A stretch of 32,000 nucleotides of DNA from an uncultured Clostridia bacterium (GCA_947623955.1 CANQIP010000005.1:1142-33141), one strand, 5' to 3'. Shown: positions 8,899-18,287, numbered from the stretch's first letter. Notes: generated from the sequence alone by a model not told the origin. A program made the numbers and translations.

Positions 8899-10452
8899 TT
8901 ATTTGTCCTCTTCCTTTATTGCGAATACGCCGTCAAGGAATTTGTCGTCAAACTTCTTTGTAAACGCCGACACAATAGGTACGACAACGAGCGACACAGC
9001 CATAGCGCATACGCCCATTTCCGGCGCTTTTGCCGCTGCGGCATTGATCGAGCCGCCGGATATCGCGAGTACTATCGTCGGTATCGCAACGGTCAGAAAA
9101 CCGCATATCATACCTGCCCACGCGCCCGCCTTTGTAATCTTCTTTGAGTATATACCCCATATGTACGGGCCTATGAAACATCCCGAAACGATGCCCCAGC
9201 TAAACGACATGATGTTTACTATAATACTGATGTTAGCCGTTGCAAATAAGTACGAAAGTCCGACAAACACGAGACAGAGTATTCTCGTAAGGAGCATCTG
9301 ATTTTTCTCTGCGTAGTCCTTTTTGATTGCGGGTATGAGATCAACCGAGATCGACGACGACGATGAAAGCACTATCGACGACAGCGTTGACATCGACGCC
9401 GACAAAAGCAGTACGAGTATTACCGCGAATATGATTACGGGTACAATACTTGCTCCGCCGCCGAGAGCCTTTACGAGTACGTTCGGGATAACCGAGTCAA
9501 CGCCGCCCGCAGGGAGTTCCGTAAGCACCAGTCTCGAAAGCGAGCCGATAAAGTACGCGCCGCAGCCGATTATGAGCGAGAACGCCGTTGAAATAATCGT
9601 AGCGCGGGGAATTGATTTTACGTCCTTAATCGCGTAGTATTTGCTTACCATCTGCGGAAGTCCCCATGTGCCAAAACTTGTGAGAAGTATGTTTATGCAA
9701 AGGAACTGCCAGCTTGCGCCGCCGAACCAGCTTGTAAGCTGCGATCCCTTGCTTACTCCGTTTTCGGTAACAGCGGAAAGACGGGGTATGATCTGTGCAA
9801 AGCCGCCTACATTCGGCGAGTGAACAACGGCTATAACCATCGCTATAACGCCGACAATCATTATGATACCCTGTACAAAATCGGTGTACGCCGTCGCGAC
9901 GTAGCCGCCGAGTACGAGATAAGCCGCCGTAAGCACCGCTATTATAAGCAGCCATACGTTTATCGGCACGCTCGGGAACACCGTCTGGAACATCGTTCCG
10001 AGACCCTTATATACAGCCGCGCTGTACGGTACGAGAAATACGAATATGATTATTGCCGAGAATATTTTAAGAGCCTTGCAGTCGTAACGTGACTCGAAGA
10101 AACCCGGCATAGTCTTAACGTTCAGCGTGTGCGTCATTGTGCGCGAGCGTTTCGCGAGCAAAAGCCACGCTACGAGACAACCGAGTACCGCGTTGCCTAT
10201 GCCTATCCACAGGCTGCCAAGACCAATGTTCCAGCCGTGCTGACCCGCGTAGCCGACAAAAACGACAGCCGAAAAATACGCCGTGCCGTACGCAAACGCG
10301 CTGACCCATGCGCCTATCTTACGGTTTCCCAAAAGAAAGCCGTCAACTGTTTTTGCTTTTCTTGTGCTGATAATTCCTATTGCCACCATCGCGAGCGCAA
10401 AAATAATGAGCGCCACGATCGTGACGGTTTGAATGAGTTGTAAATTTTCCAT
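8899..10452 (-). CDS. Sodium:solute symporter (SSS) family transporter
   Basis: 517 aa with about 13 hydrophobic helices and an SSS-like N-terminal region. It lies 27 nt upstream of the acyl-CoA synthetase gene, so the two probably form an operon. Confidence 0.85.
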   Translation of the reverse strand: MENLQLIQTVTIVALIIFALAMVAIGIISTRKAKTVDGFLLGNRKIGAWVSAFAYGTAYFSAVVFVGYAGQHGWNIGLGSLWIGIGNAVLGCLVAWLLLAKRSRTMTHTLNVKTMPGFFESRYDCKALKIFSAIIIFVFLVPYSAAVYKGLGTMFQTVFPSVPINVWLLIIAVLTAAYLVLGGYVATAYTDFVQGIIMIVGVIAMVIAVVHSPNVGGFAQIIPRLSAVTENGVSKGSQLTSWFGGASWQFLCINILLTSFGTWGLPQMVSKYYAIKDVKSIPRATIISTAFSLIIGCGAYFIGSLSRLVLTELPAGGVDSVIPNVLVKALGGGASIVPVIIFAVILVLLLSASMSTLSSIVLSSSSSISVDLIPAIKKDYAEKNQMLLTRILCLVFVGLSYLFATANISIIVNIMSFSWGIVSGCFIGPYIWGIYSKKITKAGAWAGMICGFLTVAIPTIVLAISGGSINAAAAKAPEMGVCAMAVSLVVVPIVSAFTKKFDDKFLDGVFAIKEEDK

Positions 10453-10631
10453 TTCCTACCTGTCCTTCCTTACTTCTTTGGATTTTTGATTTTAAAATTG
10501 ATGTCTCCCCCGTACTGCTAAAAAACTACGGCTGATATTATACCATATACGGCGGTATAAATAAAGCCGTCCGCCTGTTTTTTTCCGTTTTGCATAAAAA
10601 ATTAACTCTGTTTTTGTGTATTTGTAATAGC

Positions 10632-10659
10632 AAAAAAAGAGCCCGAAGGCCCTTTTTTA
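10632..10659. terminator. Terminator after the SGNH esterase gene
   Basis: aaaaaagagcc-cgaa-ggccctttttt: an A-run/T-run extended hairpin with one mismatch. Confidence 0.55.
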
Positions 10660-10668
10660 AATTCGTTT

Positions 10669-13600
10669 TTATTTTACCGACGCGGTTATTTCGTTGCCGA
10701 GTGTGTCGGTGAATTTGTACTCGTAGTCTGTGTTGAACATATCGTCGTTGTTCCAACCAAGCTCCATATCCTTTAGACCCTGCGCCACCATCGACGCCCA
10801 CTTCTGCGCCGCGGCGTACGAGGAATGGAGCGTGTCGCCGCCGACCTCGGTGAGATTGTAATTCTTCGTTATCACGCCGTCGGCATTGTCGCCGTAAAGC
10901 GAGTTGAGGAAGTCATAGCTCATCTTTGACAGGTCTATGTATAGACAATCCTCGTCAACCGCCGCGTCTATGAGATAGCTGCTCCACGAAACGGACGGCT
11001 TATAGTCATGCTCGGACGCGTTGGGCGTTACGAGTATGGGAACCACGTCGTTTTCGCGGCACTCCCTGATCATAGCCTTTACGCACGACGTCATTTCCTC
11101 TCGCGTCGAATAGCTGCGGTCGTTGTAGCCGCACTCTATAAGGCAGTATGTCGGGCGGTTGTTCACAATCGACGGGAACGCCGTATCGTACAGTCCTTTC
11201 GCGTATTGTCCGCTGTTTGCGAGGTTCACGATGTCGGCGTTAATGTAGTTATCCAAAACCTGACCCCAGCCAGTTCTGCCGCCGCCTACCTCCCTTTCAT
11301 AGCTGCCGTAGTAATTGCACGCAAGCGAGTCTCCGATTACGTATATAAGCGGCTTTGTGTCAAGTCCCGAGCGCGTCAGACTTACGCTGTCCATGAGCGT
11401 AGAGCCGTCCGTCATTGAAACGGTCACTTTGCCGCTGTCGCCGATATAGAAATCCTTTACCGTGTACTGCGAGCCTTCGGTGAGCTTTCTGTCCGCGTCG
11501 CATTGGTCGACGTTGTTGCCCGCCATAAAGCCGTTCACAAATATATCGCCGCGCTTTGCCTCGCCCTTCTTGAAGGTGATGTTGTAGCGGTCTGTGAGGA
11601 AAGTGCCGTCAAGCGTCACGCCGTCGGCGCAGTTGCCGATATTTTCATACGTGTAAACGGGTGAAATCTGGTACCATATACCGTTCGGCACGCACGTTAC
11701 CTTAAAGCCCTCAATCGTTGTGTCGCTGTTCTTTATTTCTTCTATCAAGCCGTCCTTGCAGAAATACACCTTCTTTGTACCGTTCGCGGCGGCTACCTTG
11801 TCGCCCGTCTTTACCTTTTTGCTGCTTACGTTCCTCAACTCGCCGCTTGCAAGATAATACGCCGTAACGACCGTGCCGTCCTCTTTTACCGTGTACGCCG
11901 GTATGTCGCCGAGTTCGACGTCCTCCGTGCCGTTCCACCAGCTCACCTTGTATCCCGTTATATGCTCGTCGGGCGTTATTTCGTTTTCCGCGTATGACAC
12001 ATCAGCCTCGGCAATTCTGTCCATATAGTAGCCGTCAACCACGTAATCTACCGAAACTGCGTTGTCAACGCCCGTGTAAGCGTTCGCCGTAATCGTGGCT
12101 TTGCCCGTGCCTACGGGCGCAAGACGACCTGTCGGGGTCACCTTTAACACGCTCTCGTCGGACGATTTAAAGTCTTTGAGCATATACGAACCCATCTGCA
12201 TATCAGCATCGCCGGTTTTAACGCCGTATACATCGAACGCCAAATCTGTACCGTGCAGGTTGAGATATACCGTATTCCTGTTCCAATCGGTTATTTTCGC
12301 GTTTCCGACAATTTCTATCTCCTTCTGTACCGTCGTGCCGTTGTACGACGCGGTCAATGTCATTTTGCCCGACGCTACAGCCGAGGGGCTGACCGTGCAT
12401 ATGCCCTCAAAAGGCGGATAGGGCGTTCTGTCGTGCGGTGGCATCAGAACCTCCGCAAGAGCTGAGTCGGTCGTAAATTCAACGTGTGTTCCGTAAGGCG
12501 TGTACTCGGGTACGGCTGTGTATGTATATGTGCAGTCGCTTTCGTTTGCGAATGATGTTTCGGTTTTAACGGGCGGTACGATTTTGTCGGGACCCTCTAT
12601 CGTGATTTTGGTCGGGTCGGGGTACGATACACCGATATAGTCAAGCGCTGCGCCCTTGCCCGATACCGCGTTTATCTTGCTCACCGTGACGTTCTCACCG
12701 CCGCTTACAGCATCGTTTACGCAATACAGGCAGTCGTTCTGCTTTAAAAATACCTGACCGTTCTTCGTGTCGTAAAACAGTTCAAAATCCATGTTGTTCT
12801 TTTCGGCAATAACGGTGTCGTTCACGCTCATGTTTTCGCCGTCGTAGCTTATGCGCACTGGTATGTTGCAGTCGGATATAACGTCAGCGTAACCGTCCTT
12901 GTCGAATGTGACGCGACCGAATACCCGTGTAACTTCGCGCGCGTCTATCCCCTCGCCTATTTTGTACTCGCCGTCGAGCGCGAGAGTACCGTTTACCGTG
13001 CCGAAGTCGGACTCGTAATATTCCGCGTCCGTTTCGCACGTAAACGGTATATCCACGTTCGCGCCGTCCGATGTTATCTTCGCCGTAGTTTCGGATTCGC
13101 TGTAGCCGTCCTTGTACGCCTTAATCGTTACCGTCTCGCCCTCGGGATACGACGGGAGCGTGATGTGTCCGGTCTCGTCGGCAAGGAATTTTATGCCGTT
13201 TACGACGAGGTTCGCGTACTGCGTGGAGTTTATGTTAAGGTCGCGCAGCGGCTTGCCGTCGCCCTCGCTGATTTCGATTTTGCTGATGCACACCGCGCCC
13301 CACTTGTCGGCGTGGAACTCAATCGCCTTTGTACTTTCGCCCGTAACGACGCTTTCCGTCCGCCATGTGTCGAAGTTGTCGCCGTTTATCGAAATGTAGC
13401 GGTCGGCAATTTTAAGATACGCGTAAGGGTCGTTTGTGTTTCTGAGCGTCGAGCCGTTGTTTGTGACAACGGGCTTTGCGAATGTCAGCGTAACCTTGCT
13501 GCCCGCCGCTATTTCGGGTATGTTGAGCGTTATAATCGCGTTGTCGTTCACGTTCGCGCAGCCGAGGTATATGTACGAACCCGAAGCCGTAAATGTGTTA

Positions 13601-13854
13601 TTTACGGGGAACGTGCCCGCGTCCTTGTTGTGGGCGAGATCCGTTATCGCCGCGTATTTGCGGTTCATGTCGCCGGAGGTCGTGACCGTTATGTCCTTTG
13701 TGAGCGCAACGTCCGTTATGTCGTTAGGCGAGCCGTCGGTTATCACGTTGTTGCCGCTGAACGTGTACGTAACGCCGTTCGCCGCAGCCGCGCCGATGCC
13801 CGCCACCGACACGCAGAGAAACGCCGAAAGTATAATTGCCGCTATCTTTTTCAT
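10669..13854 (-). CDS. Secreted multidomain carbohydrate esterase: signal peptide, beta-sandwich/Ig-like modules, C-terminal SGNH/GDSL hydrolase (rhamnogalacturonan-acetylesterase-like)
   Basis: An internal ATG at 13854 is preceded by AAAGGAGAT and by its own promoter. The signal peptide is MKKIAAIILSAFLCVSVAGIGAAAANG. A Big_2-like segment reads VLKVTPTGRLAPVGTGKATITA. SGNH blocks are IGDSLA, GWGQVL, NLANSGQ, GYNDR and GGDTLHSS. Confidence 0.8.
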   Translation of the reverse strand: MKKIAAIILSAFLCVSVAGIGAAAANGVTYTFSGNNVITDGSPNDITDVALTKDITVTTSGDMNRKYAAITDLAHNKDAGTFPVNNTFTASGSYIYLGCANVNDNAIITLNIPEIAAGSKVTLTFAKPVVTNNGSTLRNTNDPYAYLKIADRYISINGDNFDTWRTESVVTGESTKAIEFHADKWGAVCISKIEISEGDGKPLRDLNINSTQYANLVVNGIKFLADETGHITLPSYPEGETVTIKAYKDGYSESETTAKITSDGANVDIPFTCETDAEYYESDFGTVNGTLALDGEYKIGEGIDAREVTRVFGRVTFDKDGYADVISDCNIPVRISYDGENMSVNDTVIAEKNNMDFELFYDTKNGQVFLKQNDCLYCVNDAVSGGENVTVSKINAVSGKGAALDYIGVSYPDPTKITIEGPDKIVPPVKTETSFANESDCTYTYTAVPEYTPYGTHVEFTTDSALAEVLMPPHDRTPYPPFEGICTVSPSAVASGKMTLTASYNGTTVQKEIEIVGNAKITDWNRNTVYLNLHGTDLAFDVYGVKTGDADMQMGSYMLKDFKSSDESVLKVTPTGRLAPVGTGKATITANAYTGVDNAVSVDYVVDGYYMDRIAEADVSYAENEITPDEHITGYKVSWWNGTEDVELGDIPAYTVKEDGTVVTAYYLASGELRNVSSKKVKTGDKVAAANGTKKVYFCKDGLIEEIKNSDTTIEGFKVTCVPNGIWYQISPVYTYENIGNCADGVTLDGTFLTDRYNITFKKGEAKRGDIFVNGFMAGNNVDQCDADRKLTEGSQYTVKDFYIGDSGKVTVSMTDGSTLMDSVSLTRSGLDTKPLIYVIGDSLACNYYGSYEREVGGGRTGWGQVLDNYINADIVNLANSGQYAKGLYDTAFPSIVNNRPTYCLIECGYNDRSYSTREEMTSCVKAMIRECRENDVVPILVTPNASEHDYKPSVSWSSYLIDAAVDEDCLYIDLSKMSYDFLNSLYGDNADGVITKNYNLTEVGGDTLHSSYAAAQKWASMVAQGLKDMELGWNNDDMFNTDYEYKFTDTLGNEITASVK

Positions 13855-16800
13855 GCTTTTATCTCCTTTTGGTTTGTTTTTATATATTGTATCAGAAAAT
13901 TTATAGTATTGCAAGTACACAAAAACAGACCGCACATGCGCCTTACCCTTTTTGGTATAGCCGATGATGTCCTCGATGTTTACCTCGTTGTTTTGCAGCT
14001 TTTCAAGGTTGGTGTAATACTCATCGTTCGCGTCCGCTATGATCTTCTGTTCTATGTCGTCCGATATTTTGTATTCCTTACCGTCAACGGTCATACTGTT
14101 TATTCTTTGAATTTTCAAAGAGTCCGCCGTATACTTTGACGCGTCGTCGGGCGACGCTTTCGCCACACCGTCAGCGACGGATTGAATAATAGTGTCTGCA
14201 TTGTTCTGTTTCGCCGCCTTATGCTCTGCCGCCGCTTGTTTTTCGGCTTGGTCTTTTTCTATAGCGGCGGGCGTAGAGGTTTCAAACGGATTTTTCGGCT
14301 TTCGTCCGTGATACGGTTCGGTATACACAAGCTTTGCATTGTCCTCCACATCTTCTCGCATGTTGCTTTGTGTTTCTTTTTGCGCCTCGGACTTGACCTT
14401 GTTTATAACGCGCTGCTTGATTATTTCGGGCAAGTCATTATAATTACCCTTAACGGTAATCCGTTTCTGTTTCTTGCCGTCTATAAAGTCTTGTACTTCG
14501 TCGCTTTCGAGCGTTGCTAAAACTCCTTCGTATTGCTCGTCGGTCATATCACCGGCGTAAAGGTCAGTATTTACTTCGATTACGTCCTCGACGTTTTCAC
14601 CGGCAAGTAACCTTTTCATGTAACCTTCCTTAACCTTGTTGCTGTCCTCGCTGTATTGTCTTGCCTGTTTTTGGGTCAGTTCGTAGGTTTTATCGTCGTA
14701 TTTTATATACGTCTTGCCGCTATCCTTATCAAAGCCGCCGTTAGCGAGTGCCTCTTTTATTCTTTCCGTTTCCTCGACAGTGTCGGCGGACATACCTGTA
14801 TTTGTGGGGTCGCCCGTAAACTTCTGTAAATAATAATCCCACCGCTTACGGTTAATAACACCGGGGTGAATAATGCCCTCATCATCAAGAGAACCGACTA
14901 TATTGTTATACAGACCGTTTAAGATGTTCTCGACGTTCTTGACGGGTACGCCGTTTAATGTGCCGAGTGACTTTGCCAAATCGTTAATAGCCTTTGCGTA
15001 TGCGGGAGGGTTGCTCATACCGTTGTCGTCAATCGTCTTTGCAAGCGACATAACCCCGCTTACAATATCGTTTATCCCACTTAAAGCCGACACTTCCATA
15101 TCATACCAGTTGCCGCCTTTGCCGATGTTGAATTTCGCAAGCAGTTCTTCTATGAGCTGCGTCGTCTCACTGCCGCCGAGTGTCGTACCCGCTATTGTGT
15201 TCACGCAGTCGGTAAGATACGCGCTTATTGAGGCGATATATTCGGCGGTGTCGCGGGCTGTAAAATACATATCTGTACTTACATCAATATCCCCGCTGTC
15301 AAAATATAAATCTTGCGCTTGCAAAGCAAGTGTTTCGATTGTTTCTGTCAGTTGCGCCGCGTCAACATCGCTCGCCACATCGTAGTCGCGTATAATACGT
15401 TTTGCGGCTTTTTGATATTCCTGTTGTGTTTTTGCGCTTTCGTTCTCCTCTTCGGTCGCCTTTTTGTTTGCCTTCCGCTGTTCCGCACGCTCCCGCGAGC
15501 GTTTAAGCTGTGTTTCGCGCCATTCGAGATACGCTTGATTTTCCGCCTCGCTGCCGATCATAAGGTTATTCCAGTCCTCCTCATTCGGCACTGGCGGCGC
15601 GTCCTCACTCTCCGCGTTTGTATCAACGCTGTGCTTGACATTTTCGTTATTCTGTGATATATTATTGGTAAAGGCATTGTTCGGAAGAGCGTTTTCAGAC
15701 GTCTGTCCGGGGTTCATATTTTGAACATCTGACACTTCCGACGCCTTATTTTTATATGCGGTTATGACAGATAATCTCCCCGTATCGGGTACTGCCTCAA
15801 CTACATAATAACTACCGTCTATTCTTTTCTCAAACACAACCTTTTTGGCGGGTGTGTTATCTTTATTTTTAAACCTCCAATCCGTTGTTTCCGATACCGT
15901 CATTGTATCGTAATTGTCAAGAACATACCCAATTCGCGCTATATCTCTGCTGTCAGCCATTGATTGGTCAGCCGTGCCGTTTGCTCCGTGGTCGTTTTCA
16001 ATATGCTCTATGGCATACTTGTCTATTGTGTTGTATGAACCTGAAACATCCGTACCCAGTTTATTTTTTATTTCTTGTGCGGCTCTATCTGATATTTTGG
16101 AAATTCTGTAATACCATCTTGTGCGACCGTCTTTTATACTGTCCATATACCTTATAAGTCCATTGTCAACCGCCGCCGTGTCGTCAGCCGTCCACTGCCC
16201 CGATTTTGTCGCAAGCTCCGCCGCCGTAGCGTCCGCGCCATTCTGTTCCAAAGCCGCCTTTGCCGTTTCGTATGTTTCCTTATTGGAAATGCCCTCGTAC
16301 ATAAATTCGTCAATGCGGCTCTCCGCCTCGTTCTTGAAGTCGTCGGTAAACATTTCCTTTTGCATGGTGTTTTCATACAGTTTGGAAACCTTTTTGTTAT
16401 TCTCCTCATTCGGTGCGGGCGGAGCGTCCTCACTCTCCGCGTTTGTATCAACGCTGTACTTGACATTTTCACCCGTCTGCGTCTGCTCCGATGTATCAAC
16501 CGAATAATCAGTCTTGACATTTTCGTCGGGATTTGTTATACTGGTATCAACGGAGTTTCCTTTCGCGGATGTGGATTTATCCACGGCCTTTGAGCCACTA
16601 AAAGCCGGAAAGGGAACTTCGTCTATTTTTCCAATATTGTATACGGTTTTGTTTTCGCTGTCCAATCCTACTGAGATTGTAAGTCTATAATACTTTCCGT
16701 CAAAATCCCTGAAATAACCTGTCCGATAATTAAATCCGTCTTTTGCAAAGTTATGATTTTTTCTGTCGGGTTCAGTTGTCTTACCTCTCTTTGATATTTG

Positions 16801-17067
16801 CGCCAATTCATCAATATGACCGGCAGCAGTTATTTTTGTTTTGTATTCTTTATCAGTCAATCTTCTGGTAGTATTATCAGGATTTCTAACTTCATTCCTA
16901 TATCCCAATTTCCACGCGGTTTTCTCGGATATAGTAAGATTATCACCATCGTCTGTCGGAATTACAACATCACGCCCGTTACGGATTTCGTTATTGATAT
17001 AGTCATAAACCTCACCTTCCCAGTCGTCGGGGTTGTCGCTTTTAATTACCTGTCTGTCAGCCTGCAC
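13855..17067 (-). CDS. Element-encoded multidomain 'polyvalent'-type protein whose frame runs across the att junction, without a stop, into the esterase gene
   Basis: These are the first 1071 codons of the 2132-codon track ORF. The N-terminal module reads NHNFAKDGFNYRTGYFRDFDGKYYRLTISVG. A His-rich nuclease-like module reads IDKYAIEHIENDHGANG...RLSVITAYKNK. A long helical region follows. The GTG start has no obvious RBS, and the element-derived sequence ends at about 13935. Confidence 0.55.
13886..13914 (-). promoter_or_regulatory. Sigma-A-type promoter of the SGNH esterase gene
   Basis: On the minus strand: TTGCAA (13914-13909), a 17-nt spacer, then TACAAT (13891-13886), about 30 nt upstream of the RBS. 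Confidence 0.55.
13921..13934 (+). repeat. 14-nt att-like repeat AAAAACAGACCGCA at the outer end of the element
   Basis: Identical to the reverse complement of 24127-24140, which is the 3' arm plus U-tract of the tRNA-Arg terminator. Confidence 0.6.
15577..15645 (-). repeat. Intragenic 69-nt repeat, copy 2 (linker ENVKHSVDTNAESEDAPPVPNEE)
   Basis: About 62/69 nt identical to 16402-16470 by hand alignment. Confidence 0.8.
16402..16470 (-). repeat. Intragenic 69-nt repeat, copy 1 (linker ENVKYSVDTNAESEDAPPAPNEE)
   Basis: See 15577-15645. Each copy follows a globular module. Confidence 0.8.
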
Positions 17068-17194
17068 ATATTTTAAGTTTGTACCGGGTATCGTTTCTAC
17101 ACTGTAAGCCGTCTCCCCTGAGGCTCCCCTATTGGGGGAGCTGTCAGCGTAGCTGACTGAGGGGTTTGTATTTCTGTGCGCACCTGCCGACGCG

Positions 17195-17326
17195 TTATCG
17201 GCTCTCTCCCAACATCCGTCTTTTCTTTTTCTTCTCGTATGAGCTGCGCGATATTCCCAACTTATCAGCGACTTGCTGATTTGTCATACCAAATCTCGCC
17301 TGCTCCGCCTCTAAATTTCTGAACAT
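17195..17326 (-). CDS. 43-aa helix-turn-helix fragment (XRE-like, probably truncated or frameshifted)
   Basis: Translation is MFRNLEAEQARFGMTNQQVADKLGISRSSYEKKKKRRMLGESR, with RBS gaaggtgagg. It ends inside an A-rich run and overlaps the open upstream frame of the polyvalent-type ORF. Confidence 0.4.
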   Translation of the reverse strand: MFRNLEAEQARFGMTNQQVADKLGISRSSYEKKKKRRMLGESR

Positions 17327-17415
17327 TTTTCCTCACCTTCTTTCAATTTACATCATTTTGTTGTGTTTTTAACCCTTTTGTGCTATAATCACCATAGAAA
17401 GCGAGGTGATTATCA

Positions 17416-17583
17416 ATGGATGCTCGTGTTGAGGTTGCTCTGCAACTGACATTGAAAAATTTGAATGCTGCTGAGTATATGAAAGATACAAGACTGACAA
17501 ATGCTAAAGATACAAACATAAAATTAGCCGAGGCAGTAACAGAATTTTTCAATACCGTTTATGACAAACTACCGAAAGAGTAA
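17416..17583 (+). CDS. 55-aa helical protein of unknown function
   Basis: ATG preceded by GAGGTGA. A TGcTATAAT extended -10 lies at 17381-17389. Too short for the track threshold. Confidence 0.35.
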   Translation: MDARVEVALQLTLKNLNAAEYMKDTRLTNAKDTNIKLAEAVTEFFNTVYDKLPKE

Positions 17584-17584
17584 A

Positions 17585-17734
17585 TTACTCTTTTATTTCG
17601 CTTATTTTCTTAAGCATGTCTAAAATATGAGATTGTGCATGCGGCGGATAGTTTTCAAAGCCCTCTATCATTGTTTCTACTTTTTGATAGAGTGCTTTTT
17701 TTATCCGTTGTAATGTTTCTTTCTCATCAACCAC
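17585..17734 (-). CDS. 49-aa protein of unknown function in the cro-like position, divergent from the XRE gene
   Basis: GTG start with GAGGTGA 5 nt upstream. It lies immediately downstream of a consensus TTGACA-17-TATAAT promoter. Confidence 0.4.
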   Translation of the reverse strand: MVDEKETLQRIKKALYQKVETMIEGFENYPPHAQSHILDMLKKISEIKE

Positions 17735-17762
17735 TGTTCTCACCTCGCTTTCATAAATTACC

Positions 17763-17843
17763 ATTTTGCTAATCTAAAAACATTATATTAGCGTTTTGCT
17801 ATTTTGTCAATACTTTTTTCAAAAATATTATCATTTTGTTAAT
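17763..17843. promoter_or_regulatory. Four copies of an 11-nt operator-like motif RTTTTGYYAWT in the divergent promoter region
   Basis: The copies are ATTTTGCTAAT (17763), GTTTTGCTATT (17793), ATTTTGTCAAT (17801) and ATTTTGTTAAT (17833). They overlap or flank both promoters. Confidence 0.45.
17782..17810 (-). promoter_or_regulatory. Consensus sigma-A promoter reading leftward
   Basis: On the minus strand: TTGACA (17810-17805), a 17-nt spacer, then TATAAT (17787-17782). Confidence 0.6.
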
Positions 17844-17849
17844 TTTTTA

Positions 17850-17878
17850 TTGACAACCGTATTTTAATAGTGTATATT
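17850..17878 (+). promoter_or_regulatory. Promoter of the XRE operon
   Basis: TTGACA (17850-17855), a 17-nt spacer, then TATATT (17873-17878). AGGAGG precedes the ATG at 17898. Confidence 0.55.
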
Positions 17879-17897
17879 AACTTTAGGAGGTGGCACT

Positions 17898-18281
17898 ATG
17901 AACGGCTTTGGAGAACGGCTTGTAGCTGCGCGTGAAAAAAAAGGATTAAGTCAAAAAGCTCTTGCGGAACTTTTGGATATTACACCTACACGCTTAAACT
18001 ATTGGGAAAAAAACAAACGTGAACCTGATTTCTATTATTTTTCTCAAATAATAGAAGTTTTGGACATTGAGGCTAACGAATTACTCGGACTTTCTAAAAC
18101 AGCAGATCAGTTAAATCGAAACAAGGATTTCTCTCTTTCCAAAATAGAGCAAAGCCTCATAGCTGATTTTCGTAACCTCTCGGATCAAGGGCAGGACTAT
18201 ATACTTCAAACTATGGATATGGTAAAAGATAAATATAAAAAAGATTTTTATTCTTCCAACGTGGAGGAAAAAGTAAGCTAA
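17898..18281 (+). CDS. XRE-family helix-turn-helix transcriptional regulator (repressor-like)
   Basis: GERLVAAREKKGLSQKALAELLDITPTRLNYWEKNKREP is a typical Cro/C1-type HTH. Strong RBS. Confidence 0.85.
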   Translation: MNGFGERLVAAREKKGLSQKALAELLDITPTRLNYWEKNKREPDFYYFSQIIEVLDIEANELLGLSKTADQLNRNKDFSLSKIEQSLIADFRNLSDQGQDYILQTMDMVKDKYKKDFYSSNVEEKVS

Positions 18282-18287
18282 GGTGTT

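Noticed and set aside
8636-9301. 221-aa plus-strand ORF spanning the ligase/transporter junction
   Set aside because: It is antisense to two well-supported genes and crosses their intergenic RBS region.
13165-14139. 324-aa plus-strand ORF (with others at 11008, 13112, 13436, 14873 and 16121)
   Set aside because: All are antisense shadows inside the long minus-strand coding region. Their composition is R/V-rich or S/L-rich and they lack RBSs.
10669-17067. A single genuine 2132-aa protein, as suggested by the ORF track
   Set aside because: An internal promoter, strong RBS, ATG and signal peptide occur at codon 1072, and the att-like repeat and a composition change sit at the same point. The continuity of the frame is best explained by chance read-through (see findings).
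17343-17552. 69-aa minus-strand ORF
   Set aside because: It has no RBS. The opposite strand carries a 55-codon ORF with GAGGTGA and an extended -10 promoter. Neither call is strong.
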